A DNA stretch of 64,000 nucleotides. Source: the human T2T-CHM13v2.0 reference genome, Homo sapiens. Made by a program: the position numbers and the translations under genes. The DNA is taken from NCBI RefSeq assembly GCF_009914755.1, contig NC_060927.1; one strand, given 5' to 3'. This document shows positions 14,551 to 31,547 of this stretch, in pieces; position 1 is the first letter of the stretch; the number at the start of each line of letters is the position of its first letter. The notes below the pieces were generated by a model. It was not told the DNA's origin, did no database searches, and was given only the letters and a program-made list of their open reading frames with translations.

Positions 14551-15776
14551 GTTTCTGGCTGTGTAAGTTTTTGTTATTACTTTTCTTTTGTACTTGAACT
14601 TGTCATACCATGTTTCTATTTTGGGTTCAGAAAATATGGTTAACATAATTATAGGTGTAATAGAAATTTTGGATTAGCCTGTGAACATAACACACAATTA
14701 TAGCACTGTTTTTTTTAATGAGAGAATGAATTCCTGAGTTCTAAACAGATGAGTTACAAAGAAACTCTTGGACTGAAGTCATCCATATATAATAGATGGT
14801 CCAGTTTGGAGTAGAAGACTGACTGTGAAAGATAATTGAAAGTCTGCAAAAATATTTTTTACTAAATGCACTGTCTTTTTGAGCTTGCATTCATAGGCAC
14901 ATCTAACGCACCTGCCCCAATGTAACCAATCAACATCACATACAGCCCTCAGTTACTAAGTTTATGAGGTAAATTTATTTTCCTTCTTGGTTTTTGTTTC
15001 TTTGCATTTTGATCTTTTTATGTCTTTGTTTATTAAATAAGAAATTAGAATCTCTGATCAGTAGATTGGCTAGGATCTGCTTATGAGTCTTAGATGCAAA
15101 ACTGACAAATCTTTAATTGGTTGTGCCATCGTATCTGTCCTCAGGCTTGTTAGCTAAAGCTCAGTTAGTGATTTGCCACCACTGCCATTGCTTGGTGGTA
15201 GAATAGGGTAAAGGATTATCATGCCAGCATCCCTTGTCCGCTGTGACCTTAGTCTTAGTGAACAAATTTTCTTGTGTGCTTTCTAAAATGCCCATGACCC
15301 TTATTTCATACTTAGGAAATAGAAGTCACAAAGATTTCCTGAGGACCTCATCATTATGTGGAGCTAGGAAAAGTACTGTGGTTTATAGCTCTGTGGTTTA
15401 CACAAAGGGAAATCCAATTGATTTGCACAAATACACAAAACAAAATATATTTAAGTGCCATGAAGAGAAACGATGTTCTTTAGGAATTAAGAGGAGGTTC
15501 AGAAGGAAAATGGTGTTGATTGAATCTGGCCAACTGAGCTTGGACAATCAGTGACCTCAGGGAAAGGAGTGTTAGGAAAGAGACATTCCTGACAGAGGAA
15601 ATAACATAAGTAGACAGGGAGATAGAACATTCTGGAAATTGAATCTGTGTTAAAATGCCTTAAAAATGGTGCATCATACGAATTTAGCGACATTTCACTT
15701 CAAGATTCTTACATACCTTAGGGTGAAAATCAACAAAGACCTTAAAATGCAGACAATTAACTCTTTTTCTCTGTGT

Positions 15777-15795
15777 TGTGTGTGTGTGTGTGTGT
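15777..15795. repeat. (TG)n microsatellite
   Basis: Direct reading. Confidence 0.85.
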
Positions 15796-17138
15796 ATGCG
15801 TACACACATATACTCCACATATCTCCACAAATCAATGACAATATCAAATGGAGCAATTTTCCACAATTTTCTCCAAGAAACTGCATGCTTAAGCACTGCA
15901 CTCAGCAAAATGTTGTAAGTCCATCAATATTTCTCAGTCTTGCTGAGTTTCTGCATGACCCCCAATAGCTTACCCAGTCTCTTCCTCTATAAGTAATGAT
16001 CGCAGATTCTACATCTGCAAGTACAAGAATCCTTTCACAAATAAATTCCAGAGGACTCCAACCTGCAGTGTCTTTAGTGAGTCAGAAATTAGGAAGATAG
16101 CTTCAATTTGGTTATACCCAGCAGGAAGGAAACAATCCTAATCATACTAATACCAATGGAATATTGTAGTCCAGGAGTTTGATGGAGTTTGACCAGCATC
16201 CTTTAGAAAGGAAAACTGCATAAATTAAATAATTTATATGGAACAAACATATGTGTAATATGCATGTAAAATAAAATGGCACCAGTTATTAATCAGGTGA
16301 ATGCATATATATCATAGAGAAGTCAACTATGACCAGAAGATACAAAATGAACTGTTCTTTAGGCTCATGTTTTGTTTTGCAATACAGGGCAGGATATTCT
16401 CTCTTCCTTTAGCCTTAACTGATCTGCTTCCATGTTCTAGTCACTTGAACATTGATATGCATGTAAAATAGGCCCCTGTTCTTCCATTAACTAGAAAATA
16501 AAAAAGTGCCCAGAAGGGAAGTTTCCATTTCTAGCAGCACGTAGAAAAGTGCCAGAGTTTGATCAGGAAGTGGTATCAGGGTCAAGATGAGGGAAAGGAC
16601 ATCAGAAAAAAAAGTAGAATTATCCTGTTCACTTCAAGGAAGACACACAGCATAAGGCGGGTTTTAGAAAAGGATTAAGAGAAAATTGGCAGACAGAATT
16701 AGGGAGATTGCTTAATCAATATCACAATATAACGATGCTGGGTAGAAGATGCATGGAAGAAGCATGGATTATCTCAATGACTATTTTATTTTGAAGATAG
16801 TGTGATTATCACCCCTGGGGATGCTGGAACATTACACTGGGGATTTAGTCACCAACTGAAGCAGATCTCTGGGTTGAATAGATCACCATGAAGGTTGTTT
16901 CCAACCTTAAGTTTTCTTAAATTTCAGAAGTTCAATGAGTTCTTCTCCAAGGATCAAGGAGGATATCTACTAGAAATCTACTATAGAATAGAGAGAATTG
17001 GTCTATACACAAGTTTATTTAAATTAAATAATCCTGATACCATTTTGAACTTTTCAGTCAAAACCTACCACATGCACCTCTTACCAGTGACTTCAGTGCT
17101 TCCTTATACAAGGTGCAAGCGGTTCTAATCTCACATTA

Positions 17139-17639
<501 letters not shown>

Positions 17640-18497
17640 TCAAAGCCGTGAAGCAATCGCAAACTGTTTGAGATCCCAAATCAAAGAACAGATTGTGTAG
17701 ACTCAAAAAAAGCAAACAAACAATTACATTTAAAAACAAAGTGTTGGAAAAAACCAGCAACAACCTTTCTGCTCACCTGCCAAGGCCTTGTGGCTAAGCT
17801 TCTGTTTTTGCCAAATTGTAGCAAATCACATCAGACAGTGTCCTTCTTGTACTACTGACAGGTGACCCATTTCCTGGTGGTTAAATCTGGAGGGATTTGG
17901 GAGTTCTTGCTCTTAACATGACTTTCCCACTGACTGGATTTGTGATTGTAAGCACATCACACTCATTTCCTCCATTTGAAATGCAGGTTCTCTGAAGCCT
18001 TCTGGCTTGAAGGAATAATAGTGAGTAATACCTAACATTGGTATTGCACAGCATGCCACTGAGGGCTGCCCAATAGCTCTGTGAAAGAGATGAGGAAACA
18101 GGATTAGAGAAGGGACCAGCTCACAGTCACAGGACTAGTAAATTATGAAGTGAGAATTCAAGCTTTCCAATATCCCTTGTTCTTCCTACTACATGATACC
18201 ACTTCTAGCTAACCACTCATTCAGTAGCTCTTGAAAAGGATATTCTGTTACCTCCTTTGAAGATAATATTTGATCCCTACTTTCTCACAGGGCTTTCCAA
18301 ATAGAGTCCACATTGGCCCATTTCCATGGAACATTTTGCTGGTCTTTAGGTATTTTATTAATTGCTGAATTGTTTAGGGGTTTTAAGTTGTCTAAGGAGA
18401 CTATATCTGAATTCAATTATTTTTTTCCTCTTTCCCCTCGAGCATGCACATTCTTTGTAATACTGTACTGAGGTATAAGTTTTCAAGAGCTGTCAAG

Positions 18498-18500
<3 letters not shown>

Positions 18501-18545
<45 letters not shown>
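18501..18545. repeat. (TA)22 microsatellite
   Basis: Perfect TA run. Confidence 0.97.
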
Positions 18546-18547
<2 letters not shown>

Positions 18548-19388
18548 CCAAAAGCAGATAGTATAGTACATTTACTACAGTTGTTTCACTTTGATATGGA
18601 TAAAAAATGTATAAAAAAGGCAAAGAATTCTGTGAGTGTCATTACAACTTTAATTTCAAAATTTTTGCCCTTATGTTATTTGCTATACTTGGCTTTCCTC
18701 GACATTATAAATCATTGATCACAGGCTGGTATAAATTTAGCATTACCAGTGGATTCTGCGTATTTTATATGCTCTTTTTATTTTGGTTTTGTCAGTTTGC
18801 TACTCGTGAGTTTATCTTTGAACAGCTTCCCATGGCTATGGGATTAGGTCTGTACTCCAGAGCCTGATATCTATGGGCCTTTTTTTCTTAGCCTTTCTAG
18901 TCTTTTTACCCCATATTTCTTCATGATATCCATAGTTTATCCAACCTAAACAAAGAGCTAGTCCCCAAGCACACTAACCCGTTACATTCATCCCTCTGCT
19001 TTTAATACAATTGTTCCTCTATAGAGAATACCTTTAAAAATATATATAAGTTGGCTAAGCTCAAAAACACCACTTCTATGATAATACTCTTACAGATTCT
19101 TCCATTTGTAAATATGCATGCTCATAGTACTCTTACAGCGTTGGTCCTCTCTTATAACATTGTTAGAGTAGATACTGTAAACTGAAAAGTGACACATAAA
19201 AATACATAATGGTGCAGCTCAGGTATGTGTCATCTTAATATTCCTATTAACCTTAGAACTTTGTGACTGTGTTGGGATTACTTGACATATTTGTTTATCA
19301 ATCAACACAGTGACAGTGACGACGAATGAGTAACCAGTGTTTTGTTTTTGAAACATTTGAAGAAGTGTTCCATATTTCTGAAGTTATT

Positions 19389-19691
<303 letters not shown>

Positions 19692-21095
19692 CTGAAGTTA
19701 TTTTTTTAAATTAAACTAATACATGCAACTGGCTTAACAAACTAATAGGACTAATGAGTCTAAAACAAACGACATACCCTCCGTGCTTCTCCTCTCTCCA
19801 CTCTCTCAATCCTACTTCACGAAAGACACTCTTGGCTGCTTCTTCCTGGCATTTGCACAGCTTCATGTCTAAAACAGAAATGCATTTCTATCTTTGGAGG
19901 CATAAATCTTAGACATTATCTGTGGATTAATAACACAAAAGACACGGATATGCCATCCATATAAATGTTTGACTGTTTAGAGCTTCCTACTCTGGGAAGG
20001 ATTGACCCATCTCCCTCCAAAATTGAGAAAAGGGACTTTCACTGGACATTATCTTCAAGTCCTTGCAGTGTTCCAGAAGGTGTGACAATCTGGTCCTTTG
20101 GCTGGCTGCATTACTGACCTGCTGACCTGCTGTTTTAGGTTGATTATATTTGCCTTTGAGCCAAAAGAGTTACTTGATGATACTCCAGAGCCCCATTTCC
20201 ACACAACACTTAGGTTTAAAAGCTGCAAAAATGGATTTAATGAAATAATGATGGAGTGATTTGAAGATTTTTCATGTCTTTCAGGAAACACAAGGTGCTC
20301 TTAGTGACCACAGAGCTAGCAGCCTCCCCTGCATCTCAACTTTATGTTTCCAAATATAGTCTAGATGCTTAGTAAGTGTTAAAAAATAATAGTGCATCTT
20401 GATGCATTCTTTATGGTGTAAAATAACCTGTTAGGTATCAGGGATAATTTTTCTTCAGCATTAGATGGCTGTTTATGTATGATATATTTCTCTGTGTCCC
20501 TGGGACCTAATGATCGTTGAATACAGGTGAATAGAATGTTATACAGTAGATGGAACATGATTATCAAAGTCAGGAGACCTAGACTCAGTTGCTTTCTAGC
20601 AAGGCAGTCATTAATTACATGTTACGTCTTTTATCAGAACCTCAGTTTGGATCTATAAAATAGGATTACTCATTTCCACCTTGGAACTGTTTTTATGTAA
20701 CCATCAAGTAAGCCGGTAAATATAGTTATCTGTGTAGTTAACTAGCTGCTAACAAAGGAATCCAGGGTGGCCTTTAATATATGTTCGGAATATATTTATT
20801 CAACAAATGTTTCTTCAATTGTTTTCCAAGTTAGATTTATAAAAAATGAGAGCCTGGCAGGCAAGCAGGCAAGTTGGTAGCTTGGGATGGGATCCACTAC
20901 AGCACAGAAGTGCAGCCAGAGACTTGCTCCTAACTCCCCACGGATTGCTACAAATCCTTGCTCCAACTCGCAGCTTGGCAAGGGATCTTGCTATCAGCCT
21001 TCTCTCATGGAACCCATTGTGCATATGAATATTTGATTAGCTTATTCCATTTTCATTTTATACTATTAGTTCTCCTTGTGGGGTTAGATCCTATG

Positions 21096-21123
21096 CACAC
21101 ACACACACACACACACACACACC
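21096..21123. repeat. (CA)n microsatellite
   Basis: Direct reading. Confidence 0.9.
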
Positions 21124-21925
21124 ATTTAAGAATAGGAAACTATTTTGCAATCTATATGCCCTCTGCTTGTAATTGTTACTGTTCCCAATCCATTTCCTCC
21201 TCATTCTTTGTCTCTCATCCAAATGGTTTTCACTTTATGTGTAACAGGAGTGAGCTTATTCTGAACTACATTGGTTAGGTCCTTTAAAGCGTAAGCACGA
21301 GAGAATAAAATGAATGGAATGGCACAGAGCACAGCTCACATATTTGTTTTTTAGTTTTAAATTCTCATTTGCTTTTTAGTTTTACACATATTTATTACCC
21401 GTATTTCTCATAGATTTGCTTTTTGGTTTTACATTCTCTCCTTACTTTTGCCTTGGTTCTCCTGATGTGTGAAAATGCTCCTAAGGCCACCAATCACAGG
21501 ATTGTGACTCCTTCCCCAACTTTGTTTACCTACAATAATTGCAACAGCATGATATTGTTCAATGTTGGCATATGCAAACAGAAAACCTAAGATCTGGGGA
21601 GCCAATTCTTTGCAGAAGGTGCTTCAACCTATCTAAAAGCAAAAACATTCAATAATGTGTACATGCTTTAAGGTGTGTGTAATATTTGTGTGTTCATTAT
21701 GTTATTCTCATAGTCACAAAACTCCTTTCAGGTAAATATTTGTTCCCATTGTATGCATGTAGAAATCAATGTTTAGAGGGGTTGTTAAATAGCTAGTTAA
21801 AATCAGAACCAAGAATCAAATTCATTATTTCTGTCTTAAACTTCTCTTTCAACTATTTTAGGCTGCAGTAGTAAGCATCATATGACTTCTTGTCATCTCT
21901 AGTGTGAAATGGTTTTCCAAAGATC

Positions 21926-21951
21926 TGTGTGTGTGTGTGTGTGTGTGTGTG
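21926..21951. repeat. (TG)13 microsatellite at the tail of an old L1
   Basis: Direct reading. Confidence 0.9.
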
Positions 21952-21959
21952 TTTTAAAT

Positions 21960-23035
21960 AGGCATTTTACTTTTAAAAGGAAGGTTCACAGTCAAACTGA
22001 GCAGAAAATACAAGCAAGTTCCCATATACCCCCATCCCCACAAATCCCACAAATGCATATTCTTTCCCACTATCAACATCTCTGACGAGAGTGGCACATT
22101 AGTTACAATCGATAAACCTACATTGTCACATAATTGTCACCCAAAGTCCATAGTTTACATTAGCATTGACTCTTGGTGTTGTACATGTTGTGGGCTTTGA
22201 TGAGTGTGTAGCATTTATTTCCCGTCATAGAATCATGCGGAATACTTTCACTGCCCCTAAGAATTATTCTTGCTCTGCCTATTATTACTTTCTCCCCCAA
22301 CCCCGGTAACCCCTGAAATTTTTACTGGCTTCATAGTTTTGCCTTATCAGAATGTCTTATAGTTGGGACCCTACAATATGCAGCCTTTCCATATTGCCAT
22401 TTTACTGAATAATATACATTCAAGGTTCATCCATGTCTTTTCATGGCTTGGTAACTCATTTCTTTCTAATGCTGGATAATATTTTATTATATAGATGTCC
22501 ACAGTTTATTTATCCATTCACCTCCTAAAGGACATCTTAGTTGTTTCCAAGTTTTGGCAATTATGAATAAAGTCGCTATAAACATCCACGTGCTGGTTTC
22601 TTTGTAGACATATATTTTCAGCTCATTTGGGTAAATACCAAGGAATGTGATTGCCGGATCGTATGGTAAGAGTATGTTTAGTTCTGTAAAAAACTGCCAA
22701 ACTGCCTTCCAAAGTATCTGTACCATTTTGCGGTCCCACCTGCAATGAATGCGTGTTCCTGTTGCTACAACATTGTGGCCAGAATTTTATTGTCAGTATC
22801 AGTGTTGTCAGACTTTTGGATTTTGCCTGTGGTAGCAGGCTTATTTGCTTATTTGCCATCTGTATATCTTGTTTGGTGAGGTGTCTGTTCAGGTCTTTTG
22901 CCCATTTTTAATGGTTGTTTTTCTTACTAAGTTTTGAGAGTTCTTTGGATATTTTCAATAATAATAGTCCTTTCTTAAACGTGTTGTTTGCAAATACTTT
23001 CTCCCACTCTGTGGCTTGTCTTCTCATAAACGCTT
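21960..23035 (-). mobile_element. Old LINE-1 3' fragment (L1MC1/2-like)
   Basis: Track ORF 22487..22726(-) LWKAVWQF...LPYDPAITFLGIYP...MFIATLFIIAKTWKQ is an ORF2 C-terminal relic. The 3'UTR has CACCCAAAGTCCATAGTTTACATTAG. Confidence 0.88.
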
Positions 23036-24974
23036 GACAAAGATGCATTTTTGACATGCACCCTGCCTCATCTATAGCATGTCTTCAAATAGGCTTAAGC
23101 GACTAACTTGAGGGAAGCTGATTTATCTTGGAGAACTCCTAACTCATTTTTCTTTCATTCATTTAATAGGCAGCAGACTTGGGGATATAAAAGGAATATT
23201 CTGATGTTTAGTTAGTGCTTAATTATTTTGCATTCTTAAGTCAAGCTTTTGACTGTTATTGCAGTGCACTTGCACAAACATGAACATTTCAACATCTGCT
23301 GTTAGTGTGACCAGAAAGAGAGAGAAGAGAAAGGAAAAGAAGGGAGAAATGTTGACTCAATCCTGTCCTTATGTGAAACAATAAAAATATTTTAAAACTT
23401 TCTCTCAGTTATGCGACATAGTGCTTTTCTATTTTTTCCTAAACTGGAAGCTCCCTAAGGGGAAAGGATGCATCTCATAGAATCTCAAGGTGCTCAGCAG
23501 GTAATATGCATTTGAGCAATGTTTCTTGAATTAAACTTGCTAGCCTTATTTATCCTGAAGTGATATAACATCGTTGGGCTGCTTCAAACTGCCTTTATCC
23601 TGATGGGTTCAACTGGCACAAACAGTTATTAAGATTTGGGAGAGCCAGAGGTCCCATAGATACCATGGACTTTGCTGCATCTCAGTTCTTCCATTGCATG
23701 CCTTTGGAAATCTTTCCTGCTGGTGAGGTTCTGTGAGGGACTGTGGCCTGATAGAATTTGTTTCATTTCTGTTTGTTTTTATTCTTTAGAAAGGCAGAGT
23801 AGAAAAAACAGTTTAATGAGATAACAAATAGAGGAAAATACTTTGGACTTACTGTTTAAATTTAAAGGTTGACTTTATGGTAGCTATTAATAGTTCCAAC
23901 ATCTTGTTGAATACCCAAAGCTTAATTATGTAAAGAGCTTCTTATTTCCTCTCTCCTGCCCCTTTTCTTCTCCATCCCCTTGCAAAGCAGGCACAAAAAT
24001 TAAAGCTATTTAGAGATATGTGAATCAGCATATTGCCTATATCTAATTTATCTTTGTGCAATGCACACATTCGTGAATTTCTCAAAGCCATGTGACTCTC
24101 CAGAAATCTTTAAATATGTAAATAATATTATAACGTCCCTTAGTGAATAGCAGATGCAATGCATTATTCCAGGTGTCTGAGTAATGCGAAGAAAAGATCA
24201 AATTCCCTGTTGTACTACCTGTGTCACATGTTACATTAATAAACACAGTCAGCTTGCAAGAATAGTATGTTATCTGAATTTAATGAACTTCTGAACTGAA
24301 TGGAATGCATCTAATTGACAAACTGTCATCAAAGAGAACAGAAGACACTACAAAGTCCAAAGGGAAAGAAGAAACAAGTGGGGAGAAAAACAAACAAACA
24401 AACATGATGAACTGTGGGGGCTGGGATTAAAATCATTGGAAGGCATCTCTGTGTGAATGTGAGCCTGTGCAGTAACCTGCACGTGTGTTGATGCCTGGTG
24501 GTCTTTCCATGTGAGACATCTTGGATCTGATTAAAGGGCCTTGTGGTGTCTGGCATTTACAGCTTTGTATTTCCCTTAATTGCATATACAGACTCAAGAA
24601 AGGGATGGGGGAGTGTCACATAAAAGATAATCCACAGCAAAGATCTCAAGCTGTTAGGTAAATGAAATGTTTCCACAGGAGGGTTTATTTTTGCCTTCAA
24701 AATCTCCTGGTACCTGATAAATTAAAGATAAAACTCTTTCAAACAAGTTTTTACTTTTCTTTTCTCCACCTCCCATGCTGTCATATTGAGTGTCACGTAC
24801 ATCGCTACTTAAAACTCCAACGGGTAGAGTGGCTATTAAATTCGGTCTGTATATACATGATATATATTATGCATATTTTCAGAACATATGCTGTGTTACC
24901 ATCTTCTGACCCAAAGAGAAAAGCTGCAGTAAGGATTTTTTCAGGACTGTAATTGGGCAAATGACCTTGTAACG

Positions 24975-25305
24975 CAGTGGTCTCCGACCTTTTTGGCACC
25001 AATGACCACTTTTCTGGAAGACAGTTTTTCCACGAACCCAGGGTTGGTGGGGTAGGGATGGCTTCAGTATGAAACTCTTCCACCTCAGATTATCGGCATT
25101 AGAGTCTCATAAGGGGCATGCAAACTAGGTCCCTTACATGCGCAGTTCACAATAAGGTTCGCACCCCTATGAGAATCTAATGCCACCACCACTGATCTGA
25201 CAGGAGGCGGAGCTCCGGCTGTAATGCTGGCTCGCCTGCCACTCACCTGCTAGGAACAGGCCAAGGACCACTATCAGTCCATAGCCTGGGGACTGGGGAC
25301 ACCTG
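24975..25305 (+). mobile_element. MER1B hAT-Charlie DNA transposon
   Basis: Termini CAGTGGTCTCC...GGGGACACCTG; internal CCTTTTTGGCACCA, GCGCAGTTCACAATA and CTGATCTGACAGGAGGCGGAGCTC. Confidence 0.9.
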
Positions 25306-25880
25306 TTACAGAATTTATACTGTTAAATGTCACTTGATATGCACACTAAACCTATTACAAACCACATATTGTCACTTGTCATAATTGGACAGAGCTGCAA
25401 TGAGGTTTTGGTTTTAAGTGCCAACTCACCTCTAAGCTTTTTCAGATCCTTGAGCTAAAAGTGTCCTCTTTCTGAAATCCTATTACCATTTATTGTATAT
25501 CTTTAATGAAAGTTTTAGTCTTTTCCTTCATATTAATGTTATTCACCCATTTGGCTTAGCACCCCTCTTAGAGATAAAGCTCTGTGAAGATGTGTTTCTT
25601 ACTGGTTCATTTCGGCATGCCGCTAAATGTGTAAAACCTAGAAGATATCCCATAGCCTTGTTTGAATAAATAAAGTTACACATGGTGTTTCAAGTTCACC
25701 TATTTCTTTGACTACCAAAAGACTTCTGGTTTTAATAAAACAACTGTGAAGTTCAAGTCCTGTGTATTCTAACACTTTGATTTACTCAATGGCCTGATAG
25801 AAACTGTTTTTAAAAATTATATTTACCCTTAGCATTTTCCTGAGTATTGTCTTTAGCTATTGGTGGGGAAGATGGATATA

Positions 25881-25938
25881 TGTGTATGTGTGTGTGTGTG
25901 TCTGTGTGTGTGTGTGTGTGTGGAGAGAGAGAGAAGAG
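25881..25938. repeat. Compound (TG)n(GA)n microsatellite
   Basis: Direct reading. Confidence 0.88.
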
Positions 25939-26730
25939 ATACATGGACCCATTGCCACAATCTTTTAATTATGTGAAACAAAAAATATTTAAATAACGTT
26001 GAGGTTATCCATATCTTCTGTATTATATTCTGTGTTACTGATTTTTTTGGATCAAATAGTGATTTTTCATGAGCTAGGTATAAAAATATTACCAGGGACT
26101 AAAATTAGGGGAAACTGGGAGTAACTTAGAGTGTAGCCAGTTGTTTTTCTACTGGTGCTACCGGCATTGAAAGCAAGAGAGTTCCTCCCTGTGTGGGGAT
26201 GGCCTGTACATGGCAGGACCTGAGTGTGCCAGGTCTCCAGCCTTTACACTTTGGTAGCATCTTCCCCACACACCCAGTGTAGTACGCCCTCTAGAGGGAT
26301 CCATTTCTTCAGTGACCACGTCTTTGGAGAGCCACTGTCTAGATTTTTAGTGCACAAAAATGGAGTGTGATTAAGGGTTTTCTGAGGATGGTGTATTGTT
26401 TTATGTTTTCTGTTGCTCCACTCAAATTCAAATTTTGCTGTTAGACTTATCATTATAATGAAATTGAATGTTGGTAAATATTTTTGTAAAGTATATGCCC
26501 CTTTTCTGTGTTGAATGGGCTACAGGCATTCAATACCCCGTAATACCCAAAATATCATTAATTTCCAGAAAATATAAAATTGTCACAAAATCTAAAAACT
26601 GGAATATTAGGAAAAAGGAAAGAATGGTTTCCATAAATCACTTTGTTTAACATAGTTTCTATGTGTTTGTCTGAGTAGTTGTTTTATTAGAAAATTGTAA
26701 TTTCCTCTCTAAACAGAGCAAACATATTCC

Positions 26731-27044
<314 letters not shown>

Positions 27045-28480
27045 AGCTAACATACTCTTTTGTTCCTAAATACAGTTTTAAAAGCACATGTCTTGAGACT
27101 AACTTGTCCTTTCCTTTGTAACATCAGTCAGTTTTGTTAAAAAAGTAAGTGAGGAACTATAAAGTTTGCATTTTAGGAAAATTTTGCATTTAGTATATAA
27201 TTTTATCTTAGCCTGTGCTTTATCTGGCAGGATCTGATCCATCCTATAATTCTACAATTAGTGTTTTAGTCAGAAATGCAGTCATTTACATTTATCCCTT
27301 TGACATTTTGCCATTCTTATTCATTTATCCAGTCATTCAATTTCAGAATACTAACTTTGCCAGATACTAATATCAAGGACTGGCCAATTCATTCATGAGT
27401 AGATGAATAACATAAGTGTCCTGACTCAAGGAGCTTGTAAACTAAGAATTGTAATGTTATAAACTATTTATATTTCTCTAGTATTTTACAAATTAACAAG
27501 CAAAATTGTGTGATTCTATTTGTAGTCAAGTGACCTCAGAAGCTATTCAGTCTTCACCATTTCCTAACTTATGACTTGATCTCATTCTAGCCAGTGACGC
27601 TCTATAGTATTATATTTATTATGTCATCCTTAACGGTGTGGAAGTTGAAGGACCAGAAAGATTCACACAGACTTGTCTTTGTTCACAGGAGTAGACCCAT
27701 GCCTCTAGATTTAAAAGGTTCATCAAGGCAGTATAACTTAGTAGAAAGAATAAGAAACTGTAAGTCTGGGGTGGGATCTGGCCTCAGTAATTCTCTGGCT
27801 GTGTAAACTTAGGTAAGATGCTTAATTTTAAACACAGTATATCCTTCTTTGGGAAATAGAATATACCTTACGGATTTCTTTATAACAATTATTTTTCAAC
27901 AGGAAAGAAGGAAAGAGAAATGCTTGCATGGAGCCATCATTTATTCAACAGTCACTCATCAAATACTTGTTGAATGCTTACTCGGTGCCAATCACTTGTC
28001 CACACACTGGAAGTCAGGAGTAAATACAATCATAAAAATTCCTGCCCTCTGGGTGCTTACATTTCTGGTTGTGTTATGCTGCAGGGAGAAAGAGGAGATT
28101 TTCAAAGGTAATAGTACCTAATACCATCTGAAATCCTAAAATTTCTGCCTTACTGTCTTCCACCTACCATCCCCATTGGGGAAACCTTACCTTAGAGGAG
28201 GCCACTATATAGTGGATATATAATAGTGTTTGTATTTTATATCTTTTATCACTGTTTTCTGCACACAGTAAAACAGTGATAAAAGTTATCACTTTCTTAA
28301 GATTTTGAGGTTGCTGTACATTCTCATTTGTGAACAAAAACTTTGCTCTGATTACGTAGGATTCATTTAAAATCCATGGAATCTTTTGACACTGAAGTTA
28401 GAAGTTCATTTTATCAACAAGTGAAATAGTCTCAGGCACAAGGTGGAAGGATGTGAGTCCTAAAATCTTCGGTAGGAGTT

Positions 28481-28935
<455 letters not shown>

Positions 28936-30114
28936 TCAACCTCACCATCTAGTGTGCTAATCTTTTTTGTTTTTGTTTTTCTTCCTGGGACAGATACCAT
29001 TTGTGACCTGTTGAGTGAGACTGATTTAGTCCACTGTGTTAACAGGAAAGTTGTTATAGTTTTTTTTTTTCTTCCGTATTGTTTTTAATGGCAATGTAAA
29101 ACATGTGAATCTGAAAAGAGAGGTTCTGAGAAATTTGTGCAGCTCCTTTTTCCAAATAAAAGATAGATTTCTCTTGATGAAGCCTTGATGGTTGGAAATT
29201 AAGACAAGAACTGAAAGCAAAACAGCCTACTCAAGGTTAGACAGTGACTCGAGTCATTCCATGCACTTAAACAATATTTAGGATGACCCTATGTAAACTC
29301 ACATTATCACTTAAAAGCCAGTATAAAAATACTACCCATCTGCTGTGCTAGTCCTGCTGTTGCTTGCCACATTTCTCTGACAAGCTGTTACCTCAGTATA
29401 TAGAGAGAGTATACATTTTGGAATCCGGAGTTTAAGTTTGAAAAAAAAAAATGGTATCTGGTACATATGGACTAGATTCTGTTCTTCCAAATGTAGATTT
29501 GTAACCTCATTTATTCTTAAAGATGATGTGTTAAGTTAGCTTTTTTTCTTGACTCTGAAGATTGAAGCTCTTATAATTTTATGCCTGGACATGAACAATG
29601 TACAATAGGAAATCATTTAGTTTACACTCGCCATATGATATGCAAAGTGGGTGTTGGGAGGTGTTTATATCAAACACCATAACTAAGTTCTAAACCGCTC
29701 TCTGGAAGCTATGTAACTTTTCAGGTATTAAAGGTTTGGAAGATTTGTAGGTGCAGTATGTATAATTGCTTCCATACAAGTAATTTTTTAGTGCCAAAAA
29801 ACTCTAATTCCATAATTTCCAGTGCCATTATAACAGCCGAGATGTAATCTTCCTTCTTAATAGGTATTTGAGCAGAAGAGGCAAGATTGAAAGTTAGATC
29901 CTCAGGCTTCTCTGATGCATCAATCTGCGGATAAAGCCTTTAGCTAGGAATTACAATCTGGAACAGACGTGCAAGATCACTGAGTCATTTGCTGTTTTTC
30001 CGTGGGACAATTACTTATTCTTTTTCTGCAGATTTCCTAGGAAATACTCCAAAGTAAAAAATATCAGGAGCAGCAGTATGTGATCTTCCTTGCTGCTTAT
30101 TGTTCATACTCTTT

Positions 30115-30149
30115 ATCGCTTCTCAGCTTTTTGGCTAAGATCAAGTGTA
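30115..30149 (+). pseudogene. U2 snRNA 5' fragment (nt 1-35), tailless retropseudogene
   Basis: ATCGCTTCTCaGCtTTTTGGCTAAGATCAAGTGTA matches 33/35 to the U2 5' end. It is flanked by a degenerate 17-bp direct repeat (30098-30114 / 30148-30164). Confidence 0.93.
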
Positions 30150-30520
30150 TTGTTTATACTGTCTCCACGATTTTCCTGGAAATCCTTTTTGGTGAATATA
30201 ACCTTGTGCATTACTTGAAAATGGGCATTTTAATCATTTTTTCATTCCACTAATATTTATTGAATGATCATTATTTGTAAGATCTTAGGAGACCTGTCAA
30301 AGACAAGCACGGGCTCATCAAAATCTTAAACTTGTGTATAGAGTACTAAAGAAGGAGCATGTGAACATATGATTTTCAGAAAATTGAGAAGGGAAGTGAG
30401 TGGGGAGCCCTTTGAGACTGGACAGAAACAAGAGGACCATGACACTGAAGAGGACATTTTTAATTTCATGTTCACCCTGAGATTGGTAATCAAGAGTCTT
30501 ATTTACTCAGAGCAAGCCGC

Positions 30521-31547
<1,027 letters not shown>

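Noticed and set aside
26138-26340. Possible MER20-like DNA transposon relic
   Set aside because: Too degenerate to assign by eye
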